A stretch of DNA of 62,370 nucleotides, counting the filler, from Collodictyon triciliatum (taxonomy: Eukaryota): the NCBI GenBank assembly GCA_043381765.1. It is 6 parts of 6 records of this genome, joined end to end, with 100 filler letters (N's around TTAATTAATTAA, not from the genome) between each part and the next. Parts side by side here need not be neighbours in the genome. Positions count along the whole stretch, not along the records: positions 1 to 12,652 come from JBHJMP010002952.1; positions 12,753 to 27,157 come from JBHJMP010002955.1; 4 more parts are not named here. The stretch is one strand, 5' to 3'. The position numbers and the translations under genes are program-made. The first letter of the stretch is position 1, and every line of letters starts with the position of its first letter. Shown one piece after another: positions 1 through 13,797 of the stretch. A model generated the notes under the pieces. The model had not been told where the DNA came from. It saw nothing but the letters and a program-made list of their open reading frames with translations, and made no database searches.

Positions 1-98
1 TTCTTTTTCTTTTTCTTTTTCTTTTTCTTTTTCTTTTTCTTTTTCTTTTTCTTTTTCTTTTTCTTTTTCTTTTTCTTTTTCTTTTTCTTTTTCTTTTT
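1..98. repeat. (TTCTTT)n microsatellite
   Basis: Perfect hexamer tandem at the window start. Confidence 0.95.
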
Positions 99-312
99 AA
101 AAATGTCACATCTCCGACGCACACAAGCCTGCTCCGCAAGAATCACGACAGAAAATAGCAGTTTGCGAAAACGGCATCATTTGGCACGAAGCTTCACAAT
201 TGTACCGTTGCGTCATAAAGAAAAAAAAAAACGAATAAGCTTGTTGAGAACTCCAAACTTCTCTTTTCTAATCGACATGGAAGAAGAAAACATATGCCAG
301 AGCCCAACAGTC

Positions 313-313
<1 letters not shown>

Positions 314-372
<59 letters not shown>

Positions 373-650
373 TCGACTCACATATCGCAGCAGCTGATCC
401 GAACATTTCTCAATATAAATCATGGATAACAGAAAAAAACAGAAAAACAGAAAAACAGAAAAACAGAAAAACAGAAAAACAGAAAAACAGAAAAAACAGA
501 AAAAACAGAAAAAAACAGAAAAAACAGAAAAAACAGAAAAAACAGAAAAAACAGAAAAAACATAAAAAACAGAAAAAACAGAAAAAACAGAAAAAACAGA
601 AAAAACGAAACAAAAACAAAAACAAAAACAAAACAGACAACAACAAAACG
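314..650. repeat. (TCTT)n followed by an A-rich (AAAAAACAG-like) tandem upstream of the ankyrin gene
   Basis: Seen directly; these repeats produce the spurious K/F-rich ORFs at 103-929. Confidence 0.9.
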
Positions 651-727
651 GAACAAGCGCTCAGAGAACCCCCCGCTCCAAAGGCCGAAAGAAAGCAGAG
701 GAAACACAGAATCCAGCCTGCCGCCCC

Positions 728-3700
728 ATGAGCGCAGAGGACTTCCTCCAGGCCTGCCTTTCGGGTGATCACGTGCGAGCAGAAGAGCTGATCCAACATG
801 GCCAATCAGTCGACGAGACAGACGAACACGGCCGCACAGCCCTTCACATAGCTTCACAGTACGGGTTTCTCTCCCTCGCGATGATTCTCTTATCGCACAG
901 CGCAGATGTAAACGCACGCGTCCACACAAAAGGCACTGCAGACAAAGCCGCAGCCTTCGAGACGGGCCATCGAACCCACGGACTGGCCAGGCCTTTATCA
1001 GACGGAACCACGCCTCTCATACTAGCTGTACAGCGTGGAGACCGCGATTTTACTCAGCTCCTGCTTGACCGTGGGGCTGATGTGGAAGCCCGTATTAGTG
1101 ATGGATGGACACCGTTTCTAATAGCAGCAAATGCCGGGTTTCTTCACGTGCTGGATGCTTTCTCGATGGACTCTATCGCCCGTTGTATCAACCGGGCTCA
1201 TGATACGCTGCGATACACTCCCTTGCATTTGGCTGCGCATAGGCAAGATCATGACATGATTCGATGGCTTCTGCATCACGGGGCTGACCCATCCGTCCCA
1301 GATGCTAATGGTTATACACCTGCCGCATTTATCCAACAAACCCGTCCTGATTTGGTGGGTCTGTTTGATGTTGATGAAGACTCGCAATATCCTCGATATA
1401 GTCCTGATTTGTCTCGCATAGACTCAATCTCAAATGCATTCCAGTTTCAAGTCGCTGATGGCTCTCAAATGCCTGATTCATATTCCAGTCGTGATTTGGA
1501 TAGCCTCTCTGATGCAGATGTTGGTTTGGGGACATTTGCCCAGGTTGCGGCTCAAGTACCTTTCTCTCAATATGCCATCCAGACAAACGGCTTTTTGAAC
1601 GATAGTCTTAATTACCTTCGTAGTCCTTCGTCTCCTCCTCAACTTCCGGACCCACACATCGAATTTGATGTGGAGCCGATCAGAGACTTGCCTCCTACAT
1701 CACCTATCGACGGAAATGCGTTCCTTTCGATGACAGGGTCTTTGTATACCTCGGAATCGTTTGTTGACAAAGAATTGGAGCAGATAGTTCATGATTCAGA
1801 CGTAATGAGTCGTAGTTTCCCAACTGTTTCATCTCCTCGACCAAAATCTGCTGCTGTGACCACCAGCACAACAAATAAGCCTGATTTACGAGGCATAGTT
1901 TCATAATACTTCTGTTTTCTTTTTTCTTTTTCTTTTTCTTTTTCTTTTTCTTTTTCTTTTTCTTTTTCTTTTTCTTTTTCTTTTTCTTTTTCTTTTTCAC
2001 AATCATCAACTAATACAATTTTTCAACATTTCCAGATACTGTGTCAAGACCATTGATTGATCATTCCGCATCAAACACTTCTATCATTATCCCTGTAGCC
2101 ACTATATCGAATATCGAAACCAAAATAATAGAACAGCCTCAAAAAGGACTTTTTCCTCAAGATGAAGTCGATGATGAACCTGCTCGTAGCTTAATAGAAA
2201 CTCCAAAATCTGATAGAAGCCCTGATGAAGAATATGCTCCTTCTCTTGTTGCAATTTCTCAGCCATATAGTTTAAATCATGAATCAATCTTAGAGGGAAG
2301 CAACATTCAAATAGAGCCATCTATACCAGTTGTTAACCATGGACCCACACATAATGAACACATGATACACGACCAAGAAACAATCATAAAACTGAACTCG
2401 CTTCAACAACAAATAACCGAACTTGATAAGAGAAACAAATTTTTAGAGCAAATATGCCTTAATGTTCAGCATCGATTCAACTTGCAAGACTCTTTGGAGC
2501 ACACACCTAGGGAAGAGCCATCAAAACATGACAATCAGATTCGATTTCAATCACCTGTCCAGAATTCTACACAAACATCCATTCAAGCCTCCGTCCAAAG
2601 CGACCCCCAACCGCCTCGCCGAGTTCCCTCTGTAATTCTAATCAATGAGCTCACAAACCAGCCGGAAGAGGCCGCTGTCAACGACGTCAACCACGAGTAT
2701 CAGAAATTCTATAACCACAAATCTGAAACACTGGAAGATTCTCAAAACAAAACCATTCAAAGCAGAGAGGATATACAAACATTAGAAGCTAATACATCGC
2801 GCTCTCTCTTTCGACCTCCCACACGTGGAATTACTCCGCAAGAATCCATGTATATAGCGTCTTATTCCCTTCCAAACCAAAGTCTGCAATCCGATAGCAG
2901 AACCAATCACCAAAATCACAAGCATCACTCACAATCTGTTCCTCAAATTCGAGACATACTATTGTTTCAAAACAACACTTCTCCGGCAGGAAGAGAAACA
3001 CATATTGTAGGTAATCCTTTGCACCTGCACGAGCCGTCATTACGTGCCATGCCAACATTGGATCCCCATCCATTTGGGCATCAGACAAAAGCGACAGAAT
3101 CCTTGTCTACATTAAATACAGCTGTAGAGTACAGAAATAGTGGTGCATTGCCCCATTCATACGTTCAACCTCAGTCCGAATCACAATCATCAAACATGTC
3201 ATCTTCACTCCTGAGAGATGCGTTGACACGTCAAGTAATGCAAACACATAACGGTCTATTTAGCTATTCGGTTGATAAACCTACAAGTGTGGTGAATAGC
3301 ACGTTCAACCCTGGACAGGTAGATCAAGTCATTTATGATAGAAATAGCCACCACATGATTCAACAAGGACACGCAAATGTATCAAATCAGAAAACCTCTC
3401 TTAATGCAAACCCTGCTCATCGCATGGAGCCAGCAAATCCTGTGCATTCCTGTGATGGTCAAAATTCATATGCACATCCATATTTTGACCAGAACATTCC
3501 CAGGAGCACCCCATCATCGTCACAAATACCCACACTCCCTGAAAATGCGGAAGCATTCCAGTCAATCAGAAGTGTTGGTTTGTATTCTCCCCTTTCACAA
3601 TCGCAATATTTGAATCCACCAATCTTGGTCGCTGGTGGGAATTTCTCACAGCCAAACCAGATACCTTTGCAAATGAGCAACCATCCAACGAATCGGTCTT

Positions 3701-6279
3701 ATATGAACATTGGTGCACCCCAATCTTATAGAGAACTACAAAATACTACTAATATGTTGGACCCACAGACATCCCCTCAAGTTTCTTTCATTAATCAAAC
3801 ATTACCAGGTGCGCAGTCATCTCTAAATACACAAGTCCATTACCCCCAGCACCAGCCATCGGCTAATTCACCTAGACAAATAGCACTTGTCGATGCTACT
3901 TCGTTGGTGTTAAATCAGCAGCTTCAACTGCACATCCAAAAAGAAGTAGAACATCAAGTAAAACAGATATTTGCAACGCAACAAAACTCTAACTCATTTA
4001 TGAATCATTCCAACCTGAATCAACAACAAACACAACAAACTGCCCAAGTTCACCAAAGCCCTCATTTAGTTTTGCCTCAAGTTCCCAGTCAACCAATAGA
4101 TCCAATACAGACTCATGCAAATTCCTATTTACATAATAGCCCTAATATTGCCCATGACAATCAAACGATACTCCAAAAGACATCAGACCAACTAGTATCA
4201 GGCTCATCAACATCTCAGTTATATGACGCACGTGCACCTCAGGTTTATCCGCAACAAGTACTTTTACCTCCATTCCTAGTGACGCCAACACACGGTCATC
4301 AAGAAGAACAATCAAATTCTTCGGTTTCTTTGCTACAAAGCCTTCAAAATCAACCAATTTTGTATGGTGCACAGCTGCCTCCTCAAGAGAATTACAGGCA
4401 AAGTAATTCCAATATAATTAGACCCGGCTTAGCTGTACAAACATCTCCACAGCTAATAAGGCCTTCAAATGTATCGCCGGTCTTACAGACCCAGAATCTC
4501 CATTCTATTTCAACAAGTCCCCAGGGTGTCCGTATCGAACCGCAAGTGCAATCTACCAATCAATCCTTATTACCCACTGCTCCTTCTGTCATATCTGCAC
4601 CTGTGGTTGTTTATGCACTCCAACCACAACACCCAAACGCTTCACTGCAAACAAGCATATCTCCTATTTCCGCCCAATACAAGTCGTCTGAATCTATCCA
4701 TCACAACTCAAATCAAATGCAAGGTTCGTCCTATGCCATTATCAACCCACATTTGGACGCAATATCTAGTACTGGAATAGACAGCTCTAAACTTACTGGC
4801 TCGAGGTCAGTAAGTCCATCTAGCATGCACATTTTAGGCACTCAAAACCAAACTCGTGATGTGTACAATTCCCAGCAATTTACAAATCAGCAAACATCAC
4901 AAGCTTCTTTTGGTAGTAATCTGCATGCTCATGGTACAGATAAAATGTCACACAACGCAGCTGACAATTCATCCTTGAGCGGTAATCAAAGTCATCTTGT
5001 AAATCATGTCCCAGTCCAATTTTACGTTCCATTTGATGAGATTAAATCTCACACAACCCCGCAACAACCCCCTGTGACACTCGTTCCCCATACCCACGCA
5101 AATCATTCTGCGTTCGCGCCTCTTATCCGTCCTGTTTCCCCTCCTCAGGCACCTCGAAGCCAAAATTCACACTACCCATCCCCTCCTTTGGATTATTTCA
5201 GGAACCACCCAGCCTCTACAACAAATCCTGCTTACACAAATGGTCAACTATTCCATCCGAACAATCCTAGACATAACGCAAGCCCTTCTCTACAAATGAT
5301 GCGTGGCCCATACCAGCGACCATTAATTTCTGACCAAATACTTCCCCGTGAACCGTACAGACCAGGTCCTATCCCGCCACACAATATCAGTTCTGACATA
5401 CCGCCTTTGTTTCAGAGGGATTCGCCACCAAATTATCCAAAAATCCCATATTTTGTGACTCCTTACCAACATGTATCCTCCAAAGACACCGGAAGAAATA
5501 ATGACTTTATCCCACCCGATACAGAAGCATTCAGGCGTGAAAAGAGATTGCTGAGCTCGAGTGTTGATGGAGACATTAACACATCGTATCACAACCAATT
5601 GAGTCGCCGTTATTTATCCCCGGCTGCCCTTGGCAGAGGATTAGAACCTCGACGGGAATCAGCAACACCCACTTCGTATGATTATCAGAGCACGCATGCA
5701 AATCAGTTTGCTGTCAATTCCTCATTACGTGGGCGAGCGGGTGCACAACAACGCTCCGGTCAGCTACAACCTCGAAGTATGAGCGCCACACAACAACACA
5801 GAGCAAGTGGCGCGAATGATCGACTGTTTATTCAAAACATACCACAAAAACAAGTCGCACAACCCACCATGTTTCACTCGAACAGGGTAGAACAAGGAAA
5901 TGGGCCTTGGATGGAGGTTTCTCGGTCGAGACCACGATTTTATGACCAACGATATCGTGATGACGATGCAAGAATGCTTTCATCTCGCTCTAGGGACTCA
6001 AGAACTTACCCAGGTTCTGACAAAGGCGAGCCACTTGCGACTCATTCGCATTTCCAATCAATAGATTATCAGTATCGTGCAGAAAATAGACGGGCATCGC
6101 TATCATCCCCGATACATCCACGACGTCGAGAGAATTCTTCCTATCAGCCCGCAAATAGACAGGGTGATTCTTACCCACGCTGGCCTAACACCGATAATCC
6201 ATTGACAGTCGAAAGGCAACAGCAAACGCAAAAAAGAAAAGATAGAAGACCGACATCCGAACGAGAACGCCCGCTGTGA
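728..6279 (+). CDS. Ankyrin-repeat protein with a long Q/P/S/N/H-rich low-complexity C-terminus (probable exons 728-1892 and 2036-6279)
   Basis: Ankyrin motifs GRTALHIAS, GTTPLILAV, GWTPFLIAA, YTPLHLAA. The ORF breaks at a (TTTTCT)n tract ending in TCCAG (2035), followed by a 1412-codon open frame. The frame-preserving join needs a GC donor at 1893. The join is inferred. Confidence 0.75.
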
Positions 6280-7107
6280 CCTGTAATTACACTCGTTGGT
6301 GCATATAAGCAGCGATAAAATAAAAAGCATGAATCCTCTCTGTTTATACTTCTCAGGTGAAATACAAAGGGGCGTTTTTCTTTTTAATAAAAATAATATA
6401 ATGAAGCCGGTGACCGATTGGCCAGATATCTTCTATAATTCTTGTATATCGCGGTAATGTATTCCAAGTGATGATCACAATACTGAGGTTACTGCGTGAG
6501 TAAGCGATTTCCCCTCAACACTTTTTCCAACGGAAAAAAGAAATACTGGTCAGAGTAATATAAGGGCGTACTTGCGTTATGCTAGAGATGGTCTTTCGGT
6601 TGCACAACCATACCCTCTGATTAAACAGCCCAGCTCTTTAACTCTTTTCACATTTCAAACGAATTCATTCACCCAGATACGCCGATATATGACACTTTTT
6701 TCCTTTCTTTTTTTTTTCTTTCACGAATTTGACCTCATCGCTCTTAAATCACATTCTACCATATGCGAGTGGGGGAGGAGGGGGAAAGAAAAAGGAAGAA
6801 GGAACGAATAGCCTATCACACAATCCGAAGTTCTATGTTTTGCAAGGTTTTTAATAATAATTTCTCCATACCAAATTTTGTGAAGCAAGAAGAAAAAAAA
6901 ACCTGAGACTATAAAAGTATGAATATGGCGCAAATAGAGCAAAAAGACAAAATATACTTTGGAGCACGGCATTTCTGCTCCTATGAGGAGTAGAATACAG
7001 GGGCGGGTGCAAAGTGTGATACTGGTGGTATGTAGATTATTACGGAAGAGGCGGGAAAATTACAGGCAACAGCAACAAGATTGGCCAGAAGGAGCAATCT
7101 CAGTGAT

Positions 7108-7161
7108 TCAGCGTCTTCGAGCGGGTCTGGCTGGGGTGCTTGGCGTGTGACTCCGACCCTG

Positions 7162-7240
<79 letters not shown>

Positions 7241-7872
7241 TTGTTTGTGGCTTGGTGAATTGGATTTGGAATCGGGGTCGGGGCGAGCGTGAGCCGAGCG
7301 CGAGCCTCTGCCAAGAATGCGCGCAGGATGGACTCAATGCGGGCAGGGTCTATGACTAGGTGGAAGCGAACCGCTGCGAGAAATTCCAGTTCGAGCGCGT
7401 TGAAGAGCTCCACCGGGATATCACCGAGCTGCGCAAACGTCAGATTGTTGTATGTTACATCCTCGATGTACTTTGCGGCTAGTGTGGTGGCCACCAGAAA
7501 GAGAGGGCGCAAGTTGTCCTGCGTCAGAGTGCAATCGCGGGCCCGAAGATAGCGCTGCATGTATAGGATACCGCCGCATATAGCCTCCTCTGAAACTAGC
7601 TGGAATCGGCGGACAAGGCGCAGCATATCTTCGACTGTCCGCGGCACGACAACAGCATCGAACAGGTTGATCATGCCCAAAGCGTCATGATTGCCCGGTG
7701 GTGTGGCTACTGCCGACGTGGAAGCGTTGTTGGGTGATAGTGTTTGGCGGGTGCAGCTGTTTTGCAGGTACTGCAGCACCTGAGTCAGCAGCTCTCGTCG
7801 CACAGTGTCGGGTTCGTCCTTCAGCAGGGATTCGGGGAAGCGGTCCACAGGGTTGTTGCGGCCTTCGCTCAT
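7108..7872 (-). CDS. PHO80/PREG-like (cyclin U/P-type) cyclin, intronless, with a (QS)n tail
   Basis: Cyclin box GILYMQRY...NLRPLFLVATTLAAKYIEDVTYNNLTFAQLGDIPVELFNALELEFL. Likely start is MSEGRNN at 7872 (the ORF is open to 7932). (CTGGCT)n at about 7159-7240 encodes the QS repeat. Confidence 0.85.
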
Positions 7873-8858
7873 TTTCTGGCAGCAGCAGCAGCAGCAGCAG
7901 CGATGTCTTTGAATCTGTGTGGATGGAGCCATCTTTTCAATACTTTTGATTTGAATCTGATTTCATTTTCTCTGCGGCCCGAGCCAAATCACGTTGAGTT
8001 CGTTTTTTTTAAAAAAAAATCTCAATAACGATTATTGATTTCATCAAAATAATGTGTTCTTTGTGGTTGGTTATTGGCGGGTGATTGAATATTAGTTGGG
8101 GGCATAGAGTCTCGTTGAATCGGCGGTATTACCCTGTGGGATGGCTATGGGTTCGAGTTATGCTCGTGCTGGCTGAATAAAAGGTGGAGAATCACTCTGC
8201 CGCCGTTTTTATAAGTCCTCTTGCGGCCCTGGAGATTCATGGAATTGGTGCGCACATGGGCAAAAATGCATCCCTCCTGAAATTCCCTTTCTTGTCTTTC
8301 AGACGGAAAAACTTTGGAAATTGTGATGACCACGATTCCATATTAGGCAAAACACTAATTTTCCATATGTGTCTAAAATTATGTATCCTGTTTAGGATAA
8401 TTATCCTGTCCAAATATGGCGAATTCAGCTTTATATATACTTATTCGTCAATGTATTAAAACCTTATTAGGAGGTCTTCCTGGGATTTTCCAACACCCCA
8501 AAGGCCTAATGCGTCGATATTTCTAGTTTTCATCCAGAAAAGGAGACGTGGTTCAATGAGAATTGCTATTAGTGGATTTTAATTATAAATATATAATTTA
8601 CGTAGCGATATAGCATAGGAGATTAGATCGTACAAAAAAAATTATCCTGTTTATGTAACACATCTGATATCTTTGCACTGTATGTGAGCACCCCATCGCC
8701 GCACTCCCACCCGACGCTGAGAGGCGAGTCGCACAGATACCTAATTCTGTCAAGCCATCACGCTGTCGTGCTGTCCGTCGTGCTTTCATGTTCGGTTTAT
8801 ATGAAAATATAGCACTCAGCCCGGTGGTAAGTACAAGTGGCCCACAAATTGGGCGGCG

Positions 8859-9429
8859 TTAGGACACAGAGAAGAGCGCTTTGAGGCGACTGTGCTCGAT
8901 TCCTCTAGTTTGGCATCTACGCCATGCAGAGAACACAAAGGGTAAGACGGAACTCTGTCACAGCCTGCACACACTCCCACTCCAGAAAAGAATGAAAGAG
9001 CAAAATAGAAAATAGCGAATGCTTGTTTACCCTTATGAATAAAAGTGAGGATGGATGATTGATTACGGGTGGATGGAAAATGACTTCAACATACAAATCT
9101 CGAAATGCCCCTCTGATTTCTTTGCACTTGATTCTGGTAGGCCCTTCAAAAATTAGTTTGGCAAAGTCGACTGGAGATTTTGTGCTCAGTATTTCCTCGC
9201 CAAGAATCGTATAGATGATCACGCAGAAATCTTGAATAATGTCACAATCTAGAAATATTTAAAAATAAGAAATAATACTGGAATAGTTTTCCCTTTATGA
9301 ATTGTGAAAGAAAAATAATCAAATTTAGAAGAGAAGGCGAATTTTCAATAAAATTATGAGCACTATGAATGTCTGCACCGGTTTGAGATTCGACCACGAA
9401 ACAAAGAGGCTTAAGAACTGAAGTTTTTC

Positions 9430-9528
<99 letters not shown>

Positions 9529-11745
9529 GGGGATAAATACAGTCTTGAGAAAGGTTCACCTATCAAGCAGCACTGATCAATTATATATATGATGGAAGTA
9601 ATGTCGAGTATTGCACCAAAGCAGGACGATATCCACCAAGTCGCTTCATCAGTTTGATGTGATGTATGAAACGGAATACGTGTATTTAGATAATTCAAAT
9701 AATANNNNNNNNNNNNNNNNNNNNNNNNNNNNNNNNNNNNNNNNNNNNNNNNNNNNNNNNNNNNNNNNNNNNNNNNNNNNNNNNNNNNNNNNNNNNNNNN
9801 NNNNNNNNNNNNNNNNNNNNNNNNNNNNNNNNNNNNNNNNNNNNNNNNNNNNNNNNNNNNNNNNNNNNNNNNNNNNNNNNNNNNNNNNNNNNNNNNNNNN
9901 NNNNNNNNNNNNNNNNNNNNNNNNNNNNNNNNNNNNNNNNNNNNNNNNNNNNNNNNNNNNNNNNNNNNNNNNNNNNNNNNNNNNNNNNNNNNNNNNNNNN
10001 NNNNNNNNNNNNNNNNNNNNNNNNNNNNNNNNNNNNNNNNNNNNNNNNNNNNNNNNNNNNNNNNNNNNNNNNNNNNNNNNNNNNNNNNNNNNNNAAAGAA
10101 AAGAAAAGAAAAGAAAAGAAAAGAAAAGAAAAGAAAAGAAAAGAAAAGAAAAGAAAAGAAAAGAAAAGAAAAGAAAAGAGAAGAAAAGAAAATGAAAATG
10201 AAAAAGAGAAAATTAAGAAATATCATACTTTCTAACAGAAAAAGAAAAAGGAACCCTTGATAAATAATTACCTTCCTCATAGCCGATGAAGCAGTTTCCT
10301 TTACGAAGCTATCGTCATTAAGTCGAGTCATATCAAGAAATCGAGTATACATTATTGCAATGTCTGATATAGGTAAACATTCCAAAGACCGAGAAAATGC
10401 GTAAGCGAGATGAGCATAGTTTTCGCCATAACAATCGGAATAAACATAATAAAAATTCAGTAATTTCGACACTAGTTCCTCGTGTTCTTCTTTAATTGCA
10501 GTGTGCGTGGAGATCAGCACGAGACGATGAACAATACTACGAATCATTTGGTCCATAGGTGATTGAAAAGGAGAACACTTGAGTTCGTAGCATCGTGAAT
10601 CGACAATTTTTTTGACTAAATGAAGTTTAAAGCATCCAACACTCAGAATAGGTCGAGTCCATTTTCTTCATTATTGATGGATAATAAATCTCAACCTTAT
10701 AACTTTCGAAGAGCATATATTTTGGGTGTAATATTCCACTTACTCCGAGAAGCTGCCTCGTCAGAATTCAAGCTCGTTTTCCATACATAAATTCTTGCTT
10801 TTGGTGTGAGTGTCCGCCCGATGAAGCTTAATCGAGTGGCATTATAATCAGCTGTTGATGCCGAAGACATAAGCGATGCAATAGATGAATCCAGCATGGC
10901 ACGGCGATTGATCAATAGTGTCTTTTCAGTTGGTTCGATAGAAGCCGTATCCTTAGCGCGCAATAGAAAATGAATCAACCACCATTTTTTTTTTCATGAA
11001 AAGTCGCATGAGGACAATTAAGTATTCTCAAAAGATGAATTAAAAACGTACAGCCGAAGACATCTTGTTTGATGATGTGCGCAGCCTTGGTGTGATTGAA
11101 AGCAACATAGTTAGTAGAAAAGGCCTGATAATAGGTGAATACCAAATTTCAATATTGAACTTGCCTTGCCTGCATCGATTCAACATAGTATTTTTGGATG
11201 TCCGCCTGGAACGCTTCGTAAAACTAATTCACCGACTACATTTAATACCTGCGCATTTGAATTTATCCTCATAAAATCGATTTAAACAAACCGGTTCTGA
11301 ATATAAATGATTGCGGGAAGCGTGTAATTTTACACAAGACATTAGATATGAGGTTATTTCGCTGGTTAAAAGCATTCTCCTGGCCGATTCCATATATTCA
11401 ACAACATCCCGATTAACCACTTCTGCAAAATGAAAAACAATGCCAAATCAAAACAAGATCGGATTATTGCCGCTATTTGTGACGGCATGAATAGAAAACA
11501 TCAACAAGTTAACAAATCGCATGAATAATAAGAGTGATAAAGTGATAAAATTACAAATTAAATATAAAGCCAATTAGACACACCATTAGGAAAGCATATT
11601 CGGTTTAATGTTGGACCAACGACCATGAGAAATACTTGCTTGTTTTCAGGGCTACCAAAAAACCTCTCTGATGCAGCCTTTCGTCAGGAGAAAGAAAAGT
11701 GAAATAATAATAATGATAATAATAATAATGATAATAATAATAATG

Positions 11746-11842
<97 letters not shown>

Positions 11843-12128
11843 AAACATCAGAACAATATGTTTTATTAAAAAAAAACATTTTAACAGTGGTAATGAAGGG
11901 TAAGAAGCGAAGGATGCAGAGCGAAGTAACGGAAAGGGTACTGGAGACCAAAGCCGGCTCGCATGAGAAATATACTGACATCAGGGCACAGACATGAAGA
12001 GCTGAAGTAACACCGCAAACCTGAATCGGCTCTTTCAACCATCGCAGAAGATCACCAAGACTCTTCCCTGAAAGTGCTGCGTATTCCTTCGCGTGGGACA
12101 CCCACGACAGCTCGTCGATCGACTGCAT
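8859..12128 (-). CDS. Multi-exon hypothetical protein
   Basis: Series of open, protein-like segments on the minus strand (MQSIDELSWV..., VNRDVVEYMESARR..., DTASIEPTEK..., DQMIRSIVHRL..., IPFHTSHQTDEATWW..., SSVLPFVFSAWRR...*) separated by microsatellite-filled GT-AG introns and an N gap. No family recognised. Confidence 0.5.
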
Positions 12129-12652
12129 CGTAGGCCTTCTCCAGAGGCCAAGCGTCCGCTGAAGAGCAAACTCTGTTCTAGCTGGTCTTTTCGTCCATGC
12201 GTTATTGTTGTTATTACTTTTTCATTCATTTATTTACTACTACTTCATTTATTGACGAGACTGGAAGGGGTATGCCATCTTTCGATTGATAAACTTAGCG
12301 CACTAGTATCCAAGATCTCCCCACTTTTTTTCACAAAGGCCGCGCAGTGGTGAAGGCTCCCAGGAAAGACCCGACAGCCTGTTTTTTAGATGAAAGTGTA
12401 TGTTTTTTTTTTAAAGGATTAAAAGAATTTTCTTCAGTGTATTTTTAGCGCTGTTAAGTCCCTTGTCAAGAATACACTTTGTTTGCTTTCTGAACGGTTG
12501 CATTCTTTACATATGAGACATCTAGACATCTATACAACTTTTTTGAATTTCCCTTCAGTTGCATACAACCAGTTCTTTTTCGCAGTTGCAGCACATCTTG
12601 GAGTTCTAAATTCATCTACACTAACTATTTCAAAACGTTTGGATAGTATTTT

Positions 12653-12752
12653 NNNNNNNNNNNNNNNNNNNNNNNNNNNNNNNNNNNNNNNNNNNNTTAA
12701 TTAATTAANNNNNNNNNNNNNNNNNNNNNNNNNNNNNNNNNNNNNNNNNNNN
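12653..12752. other. Artificial scaffold-joining spacer N44-TTAATTAATTAA-N44
   Basis: The 12-mer has stop codons in all six frames; the identical 100-nt construct occurs five times in the window. Confidence 0.97.
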
Positions 12753-13797
12753 TTGTTTGTTTGTTTGTTTGTTTGTTTGTTTGTTTGTTTGTTTGTTTGT
12801 TTGTTTGTTTGTTTGTTTGTTTGTTTGTTTGTTTGTTTGTTTGTTTGTGTGGGATAAAATCGTAAAGATGATCTGTTCTTTCCCCACGGTGTGAAAAAAT
12901 GTAGTAATCCCAGCGAGAGAGACAGGGTTGAGAGAAGCAATAAAAAAACAAAACAAACGCAATGGATAAGAAAAAGTCTCCTTTGCTGGGGAATAAACTC
13001 ACCGAGAGAATAAAAAGACCCATTCTTCAGAATATAATATTATTACACTGGCGTTCTTTCCTTCTTCTCCCAACCCGCCACATCATGAAGCCGAAAAAAA
13101 AAAAGCAAGCGATTGGAAGAAGCGATCCCGAGAAGAAGGACGAGACCGACGCCACAGCCCTGCCCCATGGAACGCCTACTGATCGAACGCAAACTGAGGA
13201 GGCCGACGCAGAGAGCGAAAAGGTCACTTTACCACATTCCTTGCTACACAGGTTATGCACCAAGACACACCGACGATCAAGACACCAGCTGCCACCGACC
13301 CGTGAGTACAATAGCCTATGAATAAGACGGAGCAAGCCCCTATGATGGAGCAAGGTAGAAGGGAGCTAATAGTCTTTTGCACTTGGAGCACAAGCACGCA
13401 ACACGCAATGAGCACAACTCCGTGGCACGGACGACTCCAACGCTCCTAGCTTGCCATCACAATGAGATCTCAAAACATACAATACTGCGGCCCACAGAAC
13501 AATACATTTTTTTATTCTTATTATTTCGTATTAGGATTATGTGAAAGATGAAAAATCAAGTAAAGCCAAGGATTTCCCTCAATGAAGTGGGTTAAAACAA
13601 TTACGTAAAAAACAGGGAATACGTTTTATGTCATTCAAAAATGATTGAGATATTCTGTTGAGAACTTTTATGATAATAAATGATATTTTAAAAAGTTTGA
13701 ATATCGAATGACATATTAATATAATAGAAAAAACTATATAGTCCACTTTGACGATGCAATCATATAAGCAAAAGGTTATTTTATCGCGTTAGCCAGC

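Noticed and set aside
8100-8165. tRNA-like sequence (GGGCATA/TATGCTC stem, GGTTCGAGT)
   Set aside because: No 3' half of the T-stem and no proper D or anticodon arm.
8686-8898. GAGCAC...GTGCTC terminal stem suggesting a structured ncRNA
   Set aside because: No RNase P/MRP, SRP or U3 motifs found, and part of it overlaps a probable terminal exon of the minus-strand gene.
12697-12708. Recurring palindrome TTAATTAATTAA as a biological repeat, CRISPR repeat or piggyBac site
   Set aside because: Always centred in exactly 44+44 Ns; it is an assembly linker.
12962-13500. Short ORF and a TGGAGCACAAGCACG similarity to the LINE fragment near 42500
   Set aside because: The match is only about 15-25 nt with no protein motif; it cannot be assigned by eye.
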